Assembly: GCA_001179505.1 (NCBI GenBank)
Contig: CDMY01000428.1
Location: 1-64,000 of the forward strand
Direction of reading: 5' to 3'
DNA from: Vitrella brassicaformis CCMP3155
Taxonomy: Eukaryota; Protista; Chromerida
DNA: 64,000 nt
The notes beneath the pieces were generated by a model, which was given only the letters and a program-made list of their open reading frames with translations, was not told the origin of the DNA and made no database searches. Both the position numbers and the translations under genes were made by a program. Of this stretch, positions 47,322-58,800 are shown one piece after another; positions within the stretch are counted from its first letter, which is position 1; each line of letters opens with the position of its first letter.

Positions 47322-50300
47322 ATGCGTACACAACACAAACACACTTCAACCGCGGCTGGCTTGGCTTACTTCGACGATCTTGCGGACTGGCGACGCGACC
47401 TCCATCATGTGTTTCTCGTGCTCAATCCGCGCTGACCTGCACCCAAAAACGTACAAACAAAGGCCATCAATGAATGCAGCACAGCACCGATGGACGCCTG
47501 TCTGCCCTGTCTGCTCGACTGACTGACCTTCCGGCCTGCAGGCCGCGGTAGAGCTCCCAGAGGGGCATGAACACGATGACCACGGCGGCGATGGTCGACC
47601 ACGCCATCGCCACACCCACCCACGCGCTGAACTGGCCGAACGAGAACACACCGCCGATGAAATGCATCGGAAGCGGCCACAGAATCACTGACACACACAC
47701 ACCAAGTGAGGTCGGCACCATGAACAGAGAAGGGTGGCGCCATGTGTGATGTGTTTGTTTGGTGTTGTGTGTCACCCACCGAGAACGATCGTCATGCCCA
47801 CAGCGGCGATGAGGGACCAGATATACCACCTGTAAAGGTTCTCGGGCGTCTCTGAGGGATCCTTGGGCGGCTCGACGTCGTCCACAAGGGGAATCTTCTC
47901 GTTCAGCATCTCCCACTGGAAGTGTCGGTCAGGAAAGAAGAAGCTCCCGACCACACAGATGACCAGCGACACGCAAATGGAAGCCAGATTGCCCGCGATG
48001 AAGGGAAAATCTGCATATATCAAGTCCAATCAATGCGCCACGCAGTACAGATACCCATCCGTGGTGGTGCTTACCCTGGTTAGTGGTTGCCAGCGAGACC
48101 TCGCCGTACTGAAGACCCGTCTGGCCGAACCATGCCGCGAGGCCGCAGACGAGGCCAGCGAGGGCGGCGAAGGTGCAGACCTTCCCGTTGGCCCTGCGGC
48201 TGAGGATGCACATGGCCGATGGCGCCACTGCTGACCCGATGAAGACGCCCATCGCCATGTACACATACCCTACACGACACGAGCGCACGAAGGAAGGAAC
48301 AAGAGGGAGGCAGCGGGAGGGAGGCAGCATGAGGCGGACAGCGTGTGGTGTGGTGTGGGTGGTGTCTCATCATATCAATGAATGCTAGTGTGTGCCTACC
48401 GAGGCTGAGATTCATTACTTGCAGCATGACGGCAAGGAAGCCCATGAAGATGGCGAACATGACGGTGAAAAACTTGGACACGCGCAGGAGAATGTGGCCC
48501 TCCTTGTCCTCAGTCGCCACTGAATGAACCAGTCACCAAACACACACACACACACACACATCCACCCACAAGCGCCCTTCCCCAGCCAGCCACCACCCTC
48601 CCTACCTCTCCTGTTGATCTGGTGGTAGACGTCCTTGACCAGAGCGCCGTCCATGCTCTCGTCGTACTCGAGGACATAGGCCACGAGGTCCTCGAGATCC
48701 TGCTCGGTCAGCTGGTCGTCCAGCACTTTGATGTCCTGCATCCGCGCTATCAGGTTCGTCACCTGCGTCCTGTTGAGCCGCTGCTCGTTGAGCGACACGA
48801 TTCGCTGACGCACTGACTGCTCGTCCATCTCGTCTAGCTTCTCGGCCGTCTTCTCGTCCTCATCCGCCAGCACCCTCGCCACCTCCTTGTAGCTGCACAC
48901 ACGTAGAAAAGACAGGCAGGGGCAGACAGATAGCCATAAGAGGGTCTCTCTCTCCCTCCCCCTCCCCGTGTTGGTGGCTTACAACTTCATGCGCCTCTGG
49001 GTGCGGCGGTACTTGAGCTCGGGGTTGATGTACTGCCAGTAGAGGTCATAGGTCAGGATGGACGAAACTGCGATCAGCTCGGCCGACCCCGTCGACGTGA
49101 TGGCCATGAACAGCATAAGCAGCAACACAAACGCCCCGCCAGAGCCGAGCGAGGCTGTCAGCACGCGGGCGGGGACCAAGCCTGCCCCTGCGGCCTCCGC
49201 ACTTATGAAGTCCCAGCCCCATTCGGTGGCTATGGCGCGGCCGGCGAGACCCATGGTGGTGGCCATGCCGAACGGAACGGCGAACCACACGAGTCCCCCA
49301 ATGAGGAATCCCGGAACGGTGGCCTTTGGCTTGGCGGCGATGGCTGACTGCCAGTAGGACTGGTCCACGAAGACAGTGCCGAAATTACCGACGATGTTCA
49401 CAACACCGAAGATGATCCCAGTCGTCGACGACATGGTCAGGAACGAACTCACGCACTGCACACACACACACACACACACATGCACGTGGGTGTTCCTCGC
49501 CTTCTAAGGCTTGCTTCAGTCACTCACCGTCTCCCCGTCGCTGCAGTCCCCGGCAAACTGCTGTGTTTGCCCGCCGACGGGGAACTTGACACAGCCGGGC
49601 CCGGTGGTGCATTCATCTACCTCGCGGTAGCTGCATGTGGTGCCCTCGATCAGTGTCTGGTCGCTCGTGTAGCACTGGCCGTCGTTGCCGACCATCCCGT
49701 TGATGAAGGGGTGCTCATTGAGGCCGGTGGTCGGGTCGTTGCTGTTGAAGAAGGCGTGCTCGGCGTTTTGCTGCAATTGTGCAGAGGGGGGAAGGCACAC
49801 ACACAGGCAGAGATGGAGCGAGTGTTTCTGCCGCTGCTGCTCCTCCTCCTCCTGCGGATCTCACCGTAAGGCTGTTGAAGACGTTCTCGATCGATCCATA
49901 CGCCCCGTCGCCGCCCGACGTGTAGATGGTGTAGGTGAAGATCAGCAGCACCACGAAGATGATGGTCGTGTGGATGTAAGACGCGAAGAAGGTCGCGCGA
50001 AGACCACCCCTGCACCACACCCACAAGCAAACCAACGATCCATCGTCACTCAGTCAGGCGAACACAGGCTCTTTTCTGATGGATGAAATGAATGTGCCCC
50101 CACTTGAGCGTGTAGATGAGGCACGACAGTAGAGGCACCAAGAAGGCCGCGAACTCCTTCCGCATGCCCGTGAGGTCCTCAATGACTGCGGACCCTCCCA
50201 GCAGGAGCATCGCCGTCACGATGCAGTTGGCCAGCAGCGCGAAGACGAGAAAGACGATATGTGCGGTCGTCCCCCACCGCGCCCTGATGACCTCCAGGAA

Positions 50301-51087
50301 GGTGTGCATGTGGGAGCACCGCCGCTTGACTTGGATGGCAAGGATGGCGAACAAGAGGATCTGGATGGTGGCGCCCGACGCGTACCAGAAGGGGCCACTG
50401 ACGCCAACCCGCCATCCCATGTTGGACGACTGCAGTCACCGCACCCAGCCCAACGCACAGACAGACAGACAGACAGACAGACAGAAGATTCTTCGTCATC
50501 GGTTTGAAGCTCATGCGGGCGGGAATCATCATTCAGGACTGACTCCCTCTCTGGCTGGCCGACCTGCAGGAGTGTGGCTGCCCAGGTCCACTGCGAGACG
50601 ATGACGGCCGCCGTCAGCCCCGCACCCACATTGCGGCCGGCGGTGTTGAAGTGCTCCGACGTCATCTTGGTGCCAACCACCTTCTCCTCATAGTTCTGTG
50701 TGTGACACACACACAGAGAGTGTCACAAAATTCACACGCACACATCACATAACTGAGGTGAGTGCACTCAATGGCAGATGTGCGCGTGGATCTCACCTGC
50801 AGCCACATGGTGATCAGCGTGAAGACGAGACCGAACCCAATGACGACCAGCCATCCGACATACTGCAGGCAGGCATCGACAACACACATTTGATTGGCAC
50901 ACAAGGTGCGGTAATCCCATACAAAGTGGTGCATGCACTCATAGATCTGCCCGTGTTGGTCGCCATGTGGAGGTACCTCGTCCAACGGCGGCCCGTCTTG
51001 TGTCGCCTGTGCATTGCCAATCACAAGGCAACTCAAGAAGCATGTGAAGAGCAGCGAGAGGCCTCGCCAGTCAGGGGAATACGCCAT
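47170..51087 (-). CDS. DUR3: Urea active transporter (DUR3, sodium:solute symporter family) with extra inserted segments
   Basis: [34 protein letters not shown]; [29 protein letters not shown]; [12 protein letters not shown]; TFFASYIHT; [29 protein letters not shown]; [10 protein letters not shown]; [25 protein letters not shown]; MGVFIGSAV; ends ...GNQKIDV*. Confidence 0.96.
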
Positions 51088-51325
51088 GATGATATCGCCG
51101 GCCTGGCCTCTGGTTGGCTGGTCGGTTGGTTACGGAAACGGGCCCTGGGAATGCCCACGCCCTCTCTGGCTCCGGGAATGAAAATAAATCCTTGCGATTG
51201 CCGTCTCTTGAACTGAACCAATCAGCGAGCGCGAGCTTTCTCCGATCGCGCTGGCAGTATTCGCGTCTTTCAGCACCAGCGGCACCTCCCCTGATTTCAT
51301 TCTCCTCCTCGTTCACTCACTGACA

Positions 51326-52107
51326 ATGAAGGCCGTCATTGCCCTCGCCCTCAGCTTCGCTCTGTGCGCAGAGGCGTACGTCCTCCCTGCTCAGAGGCCC
51401 ACCAGCCTCAGGCGTCAGGGCGCCACCAGCCTCAGGATGATGGCCGAGGATGGAGAGGTCAGAAACCAGAAGTGTCGACTTGCTGCGCCGAAGGTAGATC
51501 TGCGGATCTGTCTTGCACATTGTCACCAGGTGTCCCGCCGCAACGCGCTGATGTCGATAGCGTCCCTTCCCCTGGCTGCCGCCCTCTTCGCCACACCTTT
51601 CGCGGCAGAGGCCGTCCGGGACTACGATGGCGTCGGCTACCTAGGTGGGCACACATCAACGAACGACTGACACTTACAGAGGCCCTGTGATGACGACCTA
51701 TGCTTGCGCGTCTGTGCATGTTTGCCATATGCAGGCGGCGCTGAGAAGATTGATCTGAACAACGCCAATGTGCGTGTGTACCAGAGGTTGCCGGGCATGT
51801 ACCCCACCCTGGGCGCCAAGCTGGCCAAGAACGGCCCCTACCAGAACGTCAAGGACGTCTACAGCATCAAGGGACTCTCAGGTCAGTCAGCAGCTGGGTT
51901 GGTCAAGCACCAGGTCTCATCTCACAAAGGAGGAGGCTGTCACCTCACCGGCTGTTTGTGTGCTGTCTGTCTGCGTGTGGTGTGTGCGCATGGCATGATG
52001 CAGAGCGGGAGAAGGAGCTTTTGAAGAAGTACGAGAGCGACTTCGTGGTGCTCCAGCCCCGCGAGGAGTACACTGTGGACAAATTCAACAACGGTCTCTA
52101 CCGATAG
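51326..52107 (+). CDS. psbU: Photosystem II 12-kDa extrinsic protein PsbU, nucleus-encoded with tripartite targeting
   Basis: MKAVIALALSFALCAEA|YVLP (signal), transit peptide, SRRNALM...AAEA (lumen signal), then VRDYDGVGYLGGAEKIDLNNANVRVYQRLPGMYPTLGAKL..NGPY..VKDVYSIKGLS...KKYESDFVVL.P..EY..DKFNNGLYR*. Confidence 0.97.
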
Positions 52108-52871
52108 ACAGACAGACAAGAGGGGCAGCACAGCACGTGGTGCATGTCTGCGTGTGCCGTGCCATGCCATGCCGCGACGCCACACCACCCTCCCTCCCCG
52201 CCCACCCGTTTCCCACACCACCACCATGCTGCTATGCTGCTGCGTTTGATTTTTCTTCCTTTGACTGCGGGCCGGTTGGGTGAGTGAGAGAGGGATCGAA
52301 GGACAGACAGAGGGGGGGGGACGCATAGGCCTGCAAATGAAGGAAGAGTTGCTCACTGACCGACCGACCGACCGACATACACACAGTCCCGGACTGATTT
52401 GATCGATTGCTTCTGGCATGAGTGCAATAATATCGCTGGCTGGCTTGTGTTTCTCCGTGTTTCATGTACCATGTGGAGTGAGTGGAGTGGAGGAGTGGCA
52501 TGGCTGCATTGAATGCATTCCTCTGCGGACGGACCAGGGGGAGGGAGGGAGGGAGAGAGCGAGAGTGCGTGTGTGGGTTCGAGAGTGCGTGTGTGGGTTT
52601 GCCACGTTTTTGCCGTGTGCGTGTGTGTGGACTGAGAGATAGATAACGCTGCCTGCTGGTCGATCGATTGATCAATGCATTCATTGAGCTTTACACAGGT
52701 TGGGGTTTTGATTCGCATATATAGCCTAGTGTCTGTCTGTACACATGGAAGACAAACAAGCAGCGTCGGTCCCACCCCACACGCATTGATTGCATTTGTA
52801 CAAACAAACAACACGCACGAGATAGATATCAAGACACCACTCGCACCTCATTCCATCACCACCCAGGCACC

Positions 52872-55800
52872 TCATCCCACCACGTTCTCGACCCATCGTG
52901 ACACCAGCAGATGGAAAAACAGAATGGCTAGTGGCACCCATCCGGTGGTCCCCCGCTCCACCGCCCCCCAGAAGGGTGTGTGTCTCGGCCTGGCGCGTCC
53001 CTTGGCCGTATCGACGATGAGGGGGTCGTCGAAGCGGACGCTGAATGAGGCGTCCATCAACATGCCACCCGCACCAGTCGACCAACGCACCTGCACACAT
53101 CAAGCCAATCCAACACCAACGCACAAATATCACATGCATCCACCAGACAGACAGACAGACAGACGGACAGGGAGACACGAATGGGCTAACAGTACCTGTA
53201 GGATGACCTGTCCGGAGAGATCAGGTGCCTGTTGCTGTGTGGGGTTCACGATCATGGTGCTCAAGGTGACAGTGAGAGTGTCGTTACGGATGCGGTTGTC
53301 GCCGATGAGAAACGTGACCCGCAGGTCGCCGTTCTGCAGCACACTACACTCGTAATCGTCGGCGGCGTCCTCCAGCAGCACCGACGGCCGCAGCTCAGCC
53401 GCACACCCCCCCGCTGTCTCCTCGTCGGGGAAGGACAGTGGGAAGGGGCTCTGGATGTCCAGAGAGAGACGGTCGCCTGAGTGAGAGAGAAACAGAGACA
53501 GCCGATGAATGGATGGATGGATGGATGTTGCTTGTGTGTAGGGTGGGTGTGGGTGGGAGGCATAGATACATACTTACGTAGTGTTTTTGGTAGCTCTGTA
53601 ATGACGATGGCAAGATAGAGGCGATGAGTGGCGCCCAGCTGGTTCGACCTGCACCCACCCACATATGGCAGATCGATGGGCCAAGTAATTACGCGTGCAA
53701 CAATGTCGGTTTGGTTCCCTCGCCCCACGCCCCGCCCCGCCCCGCCCATTTACCCACCCACCCACCCGATCCTGATGGAGTCGAGGCTTTTGAAGATGCT
53801 GTCCGGGACCACTGCCGAGCCGGGAATCGCATAGTTGGCCGATACCACCAAACCGTCAGCATTCTTGCATTGCATTCAACAGAAACACACACAGACCAGA
53901 CGAAGTGGGGAGGGAGGGAGGGAAGTTGCGTGCGTCGACCCACTCACTGTCACTTGACTCACCATGACGGCCATGCCAAACAGAGGCCGCCCGGGTGGCG
54001 AGGCGGGGGTCTTGAGGGTCAGTGCGATGGTCTTCTCGGCAGTATTGTTGATGTAGATCGGCTTCAGCTCACCGTTGGCCAGCTGTGCGTTGGCCCCCAC
54101 CCGCGAGAAGTCGTTGCTGGCCAGGTTGTCGCCCCTGAACTCGAAGCCGGCGGGCGCGAAGAGCTGGATGGAGCCGGCACTGACCACCACCTCTGGGACG
54201 AAGATGAGCGTCACACGCACTTCGGCGTTGCTCTCGGGCGGATAGACTATCTGCATGGCAAGGAAGGACACACAGAGACAAATAAACAAACGTACACGTG
54301 CAAGCCTGTCGCTCGGGCGGGCGGGCATTTTCTCAGTCAGGTGTGCATGCATCACCTGACCTGAGCCGTCATGACTTTAAGGGTGGGGGGTCGGAGGTTG
54401 GTGATGATCATCCTGGGCGTCTTCTGGAGGCTGGTCCTGTCGACGGTGCCGATCGACACGGACCACCAGGCGGCGGGATCGGACTCGTTGACGGGCTGCT
54501 TGGGGTGGTTGACCAGAAAGGTGATGTACTGCGCCACACCACCCTACACGACAGACAGACAGACAGACAGACAGACCAGCCATTGCAGAGAATAGTGAGC
54601 CAGTGCCATTCTCCTGCCGCGTACGTACCTCATAAGAGGCCCCCAGCACGAGACTCCTGAGCCTGGCGGTATTGCCGCCAAAGCACTGCCAGTCGGCCTG
54701 CGATGCGTCGCTGCAAGTGCCTGGGAAGCTGAAGTTGGCCGGTGGCTGTGTGGGCGGGGTCAGGACCACCTCCAGGTACTCTTGTGGCGCGCCTGCGTCG
54801 ATGTTGGGGACCAAAGCCAGCCGCCAGAGGGCACCCTCCGCACCCACGGCCTGCGACGAGATGCTGCTCCACACGAGATCGCTGATCTCGCCCTTTAGGC
54901 CCCCGGTCGCCAACAGATACTGAGCTCGCCAACAGGAGACAGAGAGGGAGAAAACTGGCTGGTGTGTGGTTCAGTGTGTGCACTCACTTGGCTGATTGGC
55001 CAGTCGCCCAGCGCATGGACCACATACCCCGTGATGCCCACGACAGTGTCAGGGGCGGTCAGGTTCTCCATCGCCAGAAAAAAACTCCTGTGGGCGCACA
55101 CAAGGAGATGTGAGTCTCACATTCGTCGAGGTTGAGTGCGGACACACCACAGACAGACACGCACCATTTGGCGGTGCCGTCGATGTCGGCTTCGGCAGGG
55201 TTGACCACGGTGACGGTGAACTGCAGAAGTTCCCTGGCAGGGATGGGCCCCTGCAGCGCCCACACTCGGCCGCCCTCAGACCCGATCGGCACACCGGAGG
55301 AAAGGGCCACTTCGGGGAACAGGTTCGTCACCACAGAGGTGCGCTCTAGCGTCTGCAGCTCAAACGCTGAACGAACAAAAGACAGACAGAAACCCGCATG
55401 GTCGATGGCTGCCCTGCCGTGTTTCCTTTCGACTTGACCTGTCGGGGGTATCACGATGATTGAAGGGTGGGTGGTGATAGCGGCGGCAGAGGGCCCGTTC
55501 TCGGCCACGACAGCGACACGTGTGTCGCTCTCGATCTTGATGGAAGAAGAGACCTTGAAGCTGACGGTGTGCAGGGTCTCGAACAGGTTCGTCGATTCCT
55601 GCAGCCAACCATCATGAGACAATTTAAGCGCCTTGCGATGTGCCAGTAAGTCTTGTCTGTCTTGTGCTTACAGTGGAGGTGGTTCCATCGGCTGCAAGGT
55701 TCGCCGCCTCGAATCCTGTCATCCGGTCGAAAATGCCACTCCTGGGCCCCTGGTTGATATTGGCGCTGTGGTCAGCCTCCTCCAGCCCCAGCCGCGTCGT

Positions 55801-58800
55801 GATGGCCCACGTCGTCCCGTCAGGCCTGGCAAAAGTGGGGTTGCTGACCTTGATGAAGCGAACGAGGAAGGGCTGGCCCGCCGTGCCTGAGAGGGCCTGC
55901 AGGGTGAGCCCCGCTGCGGTGGGGACGAGGCCGCCGAAAGAGGGGACGGCGCTGCCGAATGAGAAACCGTCTCTGCTGGCGATGTCCAGGCGGTCGAACG
56001 ACTGGATGGGGGTGAAGGACACGGTGACGGTGGAGGTGGCCGCCACCAGGCGGGATGACGTGGCGCTGGCGAACTCCTTCTCCAAGTATACCTGGAGATC
56101 CAGAATCTGAACAACAATGAATGTGTATGTATGTGACACACACACGCACACAGATAAATAAGAGGTCGGTGCGAGCGGGCTGTCTTGCCTTGTCGTGGCT
56201 GACGGTACGGTACTTACCATCGGCCTGACGCCCCACCCCGGGGTTTTCTGCTGGCTCACATCGCCTCCCAGCTCACGATGGTACCGAACCTGACAACAAG
56301 AGTGAGCTGATTTGATCCGCGGACTGACTGATCAACAATCGGCGCTTCTCAGCCTCACCTGCCAGTAGTTGTCAGTGAGGCCGATTGGTGCATTCGGGTT
56401 GTGGCCCATGATGGTCAGATTGAGGGTGCGGTTGCCAGACAGAGTGCGCTCAGCCGATCCCGACCCATCAGAAGGGGGCGCGCCGACCACTTCAAAAGTC
56501 ACCTCTGTGGGCTTGTCGCCGCGGGTACACACGCCAAGACTCAGCTCCTCATGCCTGAGTGCAGGCACATACATACCCATTTAGTCAAGGCCAGGGCCCG
56601 GCCCACTCTCTGTGTGTCTCTGCCCACTAACTACTCGTCTGTCTGTCTCCCTGCGTACGGTGTGATGGCCATGCCGGCATCGATGAGGGTGGCGTTGTTG
56701 AGGGCCTCCTCGACCGTCGGCAGCGTGTCTCCCTTGGTGGAGCAGAGGGGCGTAAACCCCAGCGGCGGCACGATGCTGAGCTGATCGCCCATCTGCGGCG
56801 GGACGTCGCTGTCGGGCAGAGTGATCAGCAGCTCCGCCACAAACACCATCGTGCCCTCCGTCTCGACAGATCCCCGCCTGCACACACACACACACACATG
56901 GAGGTCTTCTCCTTGTTTGTGTCTCGTTTCTCGGCTGGCTGCATATATACATTGGGAAATCTGCGTCGAATGATGCGCGTATGGGTATGCCGAAGATGCT
57001 GACGAAGTCGAGCGAGCTGCCGCTGGCGGCGTAGTCGGCGAGGTCGGTGAGGACACAAATGCCTGGAGGGTCCGTGACGATGCCCGAGATGACGACCGGC
57101 TTGCATGACCACACCTCGAAGGGCTTGGGGGACGTCACGATGGCAGAGGGATTCGTCACCACAAACTCGACCCTGACATGCACACAGGAAGGAGACAGAC
57201 CGATTGATTAAGCAGGCAGGCACGACAGGACAGGGGAGCCATGCCATGCCATCCCATGCGTGTGGGTCTTTAGTTTACATGATTGGTGTGTTGGCAGCGA
57301 TGTCTGAGCCTGGCGTGTTCAGCACAAAGGTGACGTACCCATCCTCAGCTCTGCAGCTAGCCCAGGCAGATGACACACTCATGCAGAGTCTCGCTGTCGT
57401 GTCTTATGGGCTGACAAGCATATCGCGTCAGCATTGGGCGGGAATTGGAATTCGCGTCTCAGGCCCGCATCGGTGAAGGTGAGCGTCGTCAGCTTCTCGC
57501 CTGGGACGTCCGTCCCGTTCATGACCACCCACTTCTCCATGATGGCTGGAGGGTCGCCGGCCAGAGAGGCGTTGATGGTGATGCCCGGCCCTGTGCACCC
57601 GCTGTTGATGCCGGCCGGGCCGCCAGCATGGGACAGGTATCCTGCACGCAATCACACAGCGGACGGACGGCATCACGATCACATGTCAGTCTGTTGGCCT
57701 GCCTGTCTGTCTGTCTGTCTCCTGAGCGGACCGTACCTGTGGGCAGTCTGAATGTGATGGAGCCGCCATCGCCTGGAATGTCATGAACTGGGGTCAGGTA
57801 GAAGCTCAGCCGGTTGGGCGTCGATTGGGCCTGACAAGAGAGAGGCAAGAGGGCTCAAGGGTGCCGTCAGTGCCCTTCTTTCCTCTCTCTCTCTCTCTCT
57901 CTCTGGGTTTCCTCACCCCATTGTCGGGCACCATGGCAGAGTCGAGGAAGGTCGCGAGTTCTCCCCTGGTGACTATGCCGGCGAGGTCCTCGAGCATGAA
58001 GACAAAGTGGTGCGGGTCGGGCTGGCGCACGGGGTTGGTCGCTTGGATGGAGAAGCCGTAGCTGCTCTGCCCGTTGAAGGGCTCCTTGCTCTCGAAGGCA
58101 ATCGTCACCTGGTGCCTGGCCGTCGGGTCGGCCGTGCAGCTCGCCACCCTGAACAACCCAGAGAAGTCCACAAATTCTCCGAAACTCCCGCCGAAGGGCT
58201 GCAGATTCAATGCTGATGTGCACCCCAGCGGGAACATGTACCTGGGGGCAGGACAGTTTGTGCGAAGACCGACCGTGGCGCGGCGTGGAGTCGATGAGTG
58301 CACTTACTGACTGACCCTTGCGGTGCGTGGATGGACATCGTAGGACTGAAGCCGAACGAGGATGTGCCTCTGTTGTTTTGGAAGCCGATGGTGAGAGTGC
58401 TGGTGGCGCCCGGCTTCATGACGGCCGTGTCCTCGCGCAGCAGTCGGACGGTCTCGAGGGGGGCGAGGATGTCGAAGGACTTGATGCTGATGGGGTGATC
58501 CAAGACATCCTCTTTGGTCTCATCCAAGTAGGGAGACGCCAACATATCAGACAGCTGCCCAAAGACGCAGAAAGACAATGAGCGTCAGTCAGCAAAGAGT
58601 CCTTCACGTGCTGACCGAACCGACCAGTGATGTGTTGCATGTCTTGGACGAGTGGAATGTGAAGATATCAGAGACCGCAGCGCCGCCCTGGTCTGTGGGG
58701 TTGGTGACGAAGAACCCGAAGCGGTACCTGCCCCTTGGCAGCTCAGTCACATCCTCGCCGACGGCAAACGTGACGTTGGTGATGTGGTTGTTGTTATCAC

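Noticed and set aside
8414-52107. Idea that the four plastid-targeted genes form a functional gene cluster
   Set aside because: They are scattered among unrelated genes over 44 kb. Only the 13150/13250 pair is tight enough to be suggestive.
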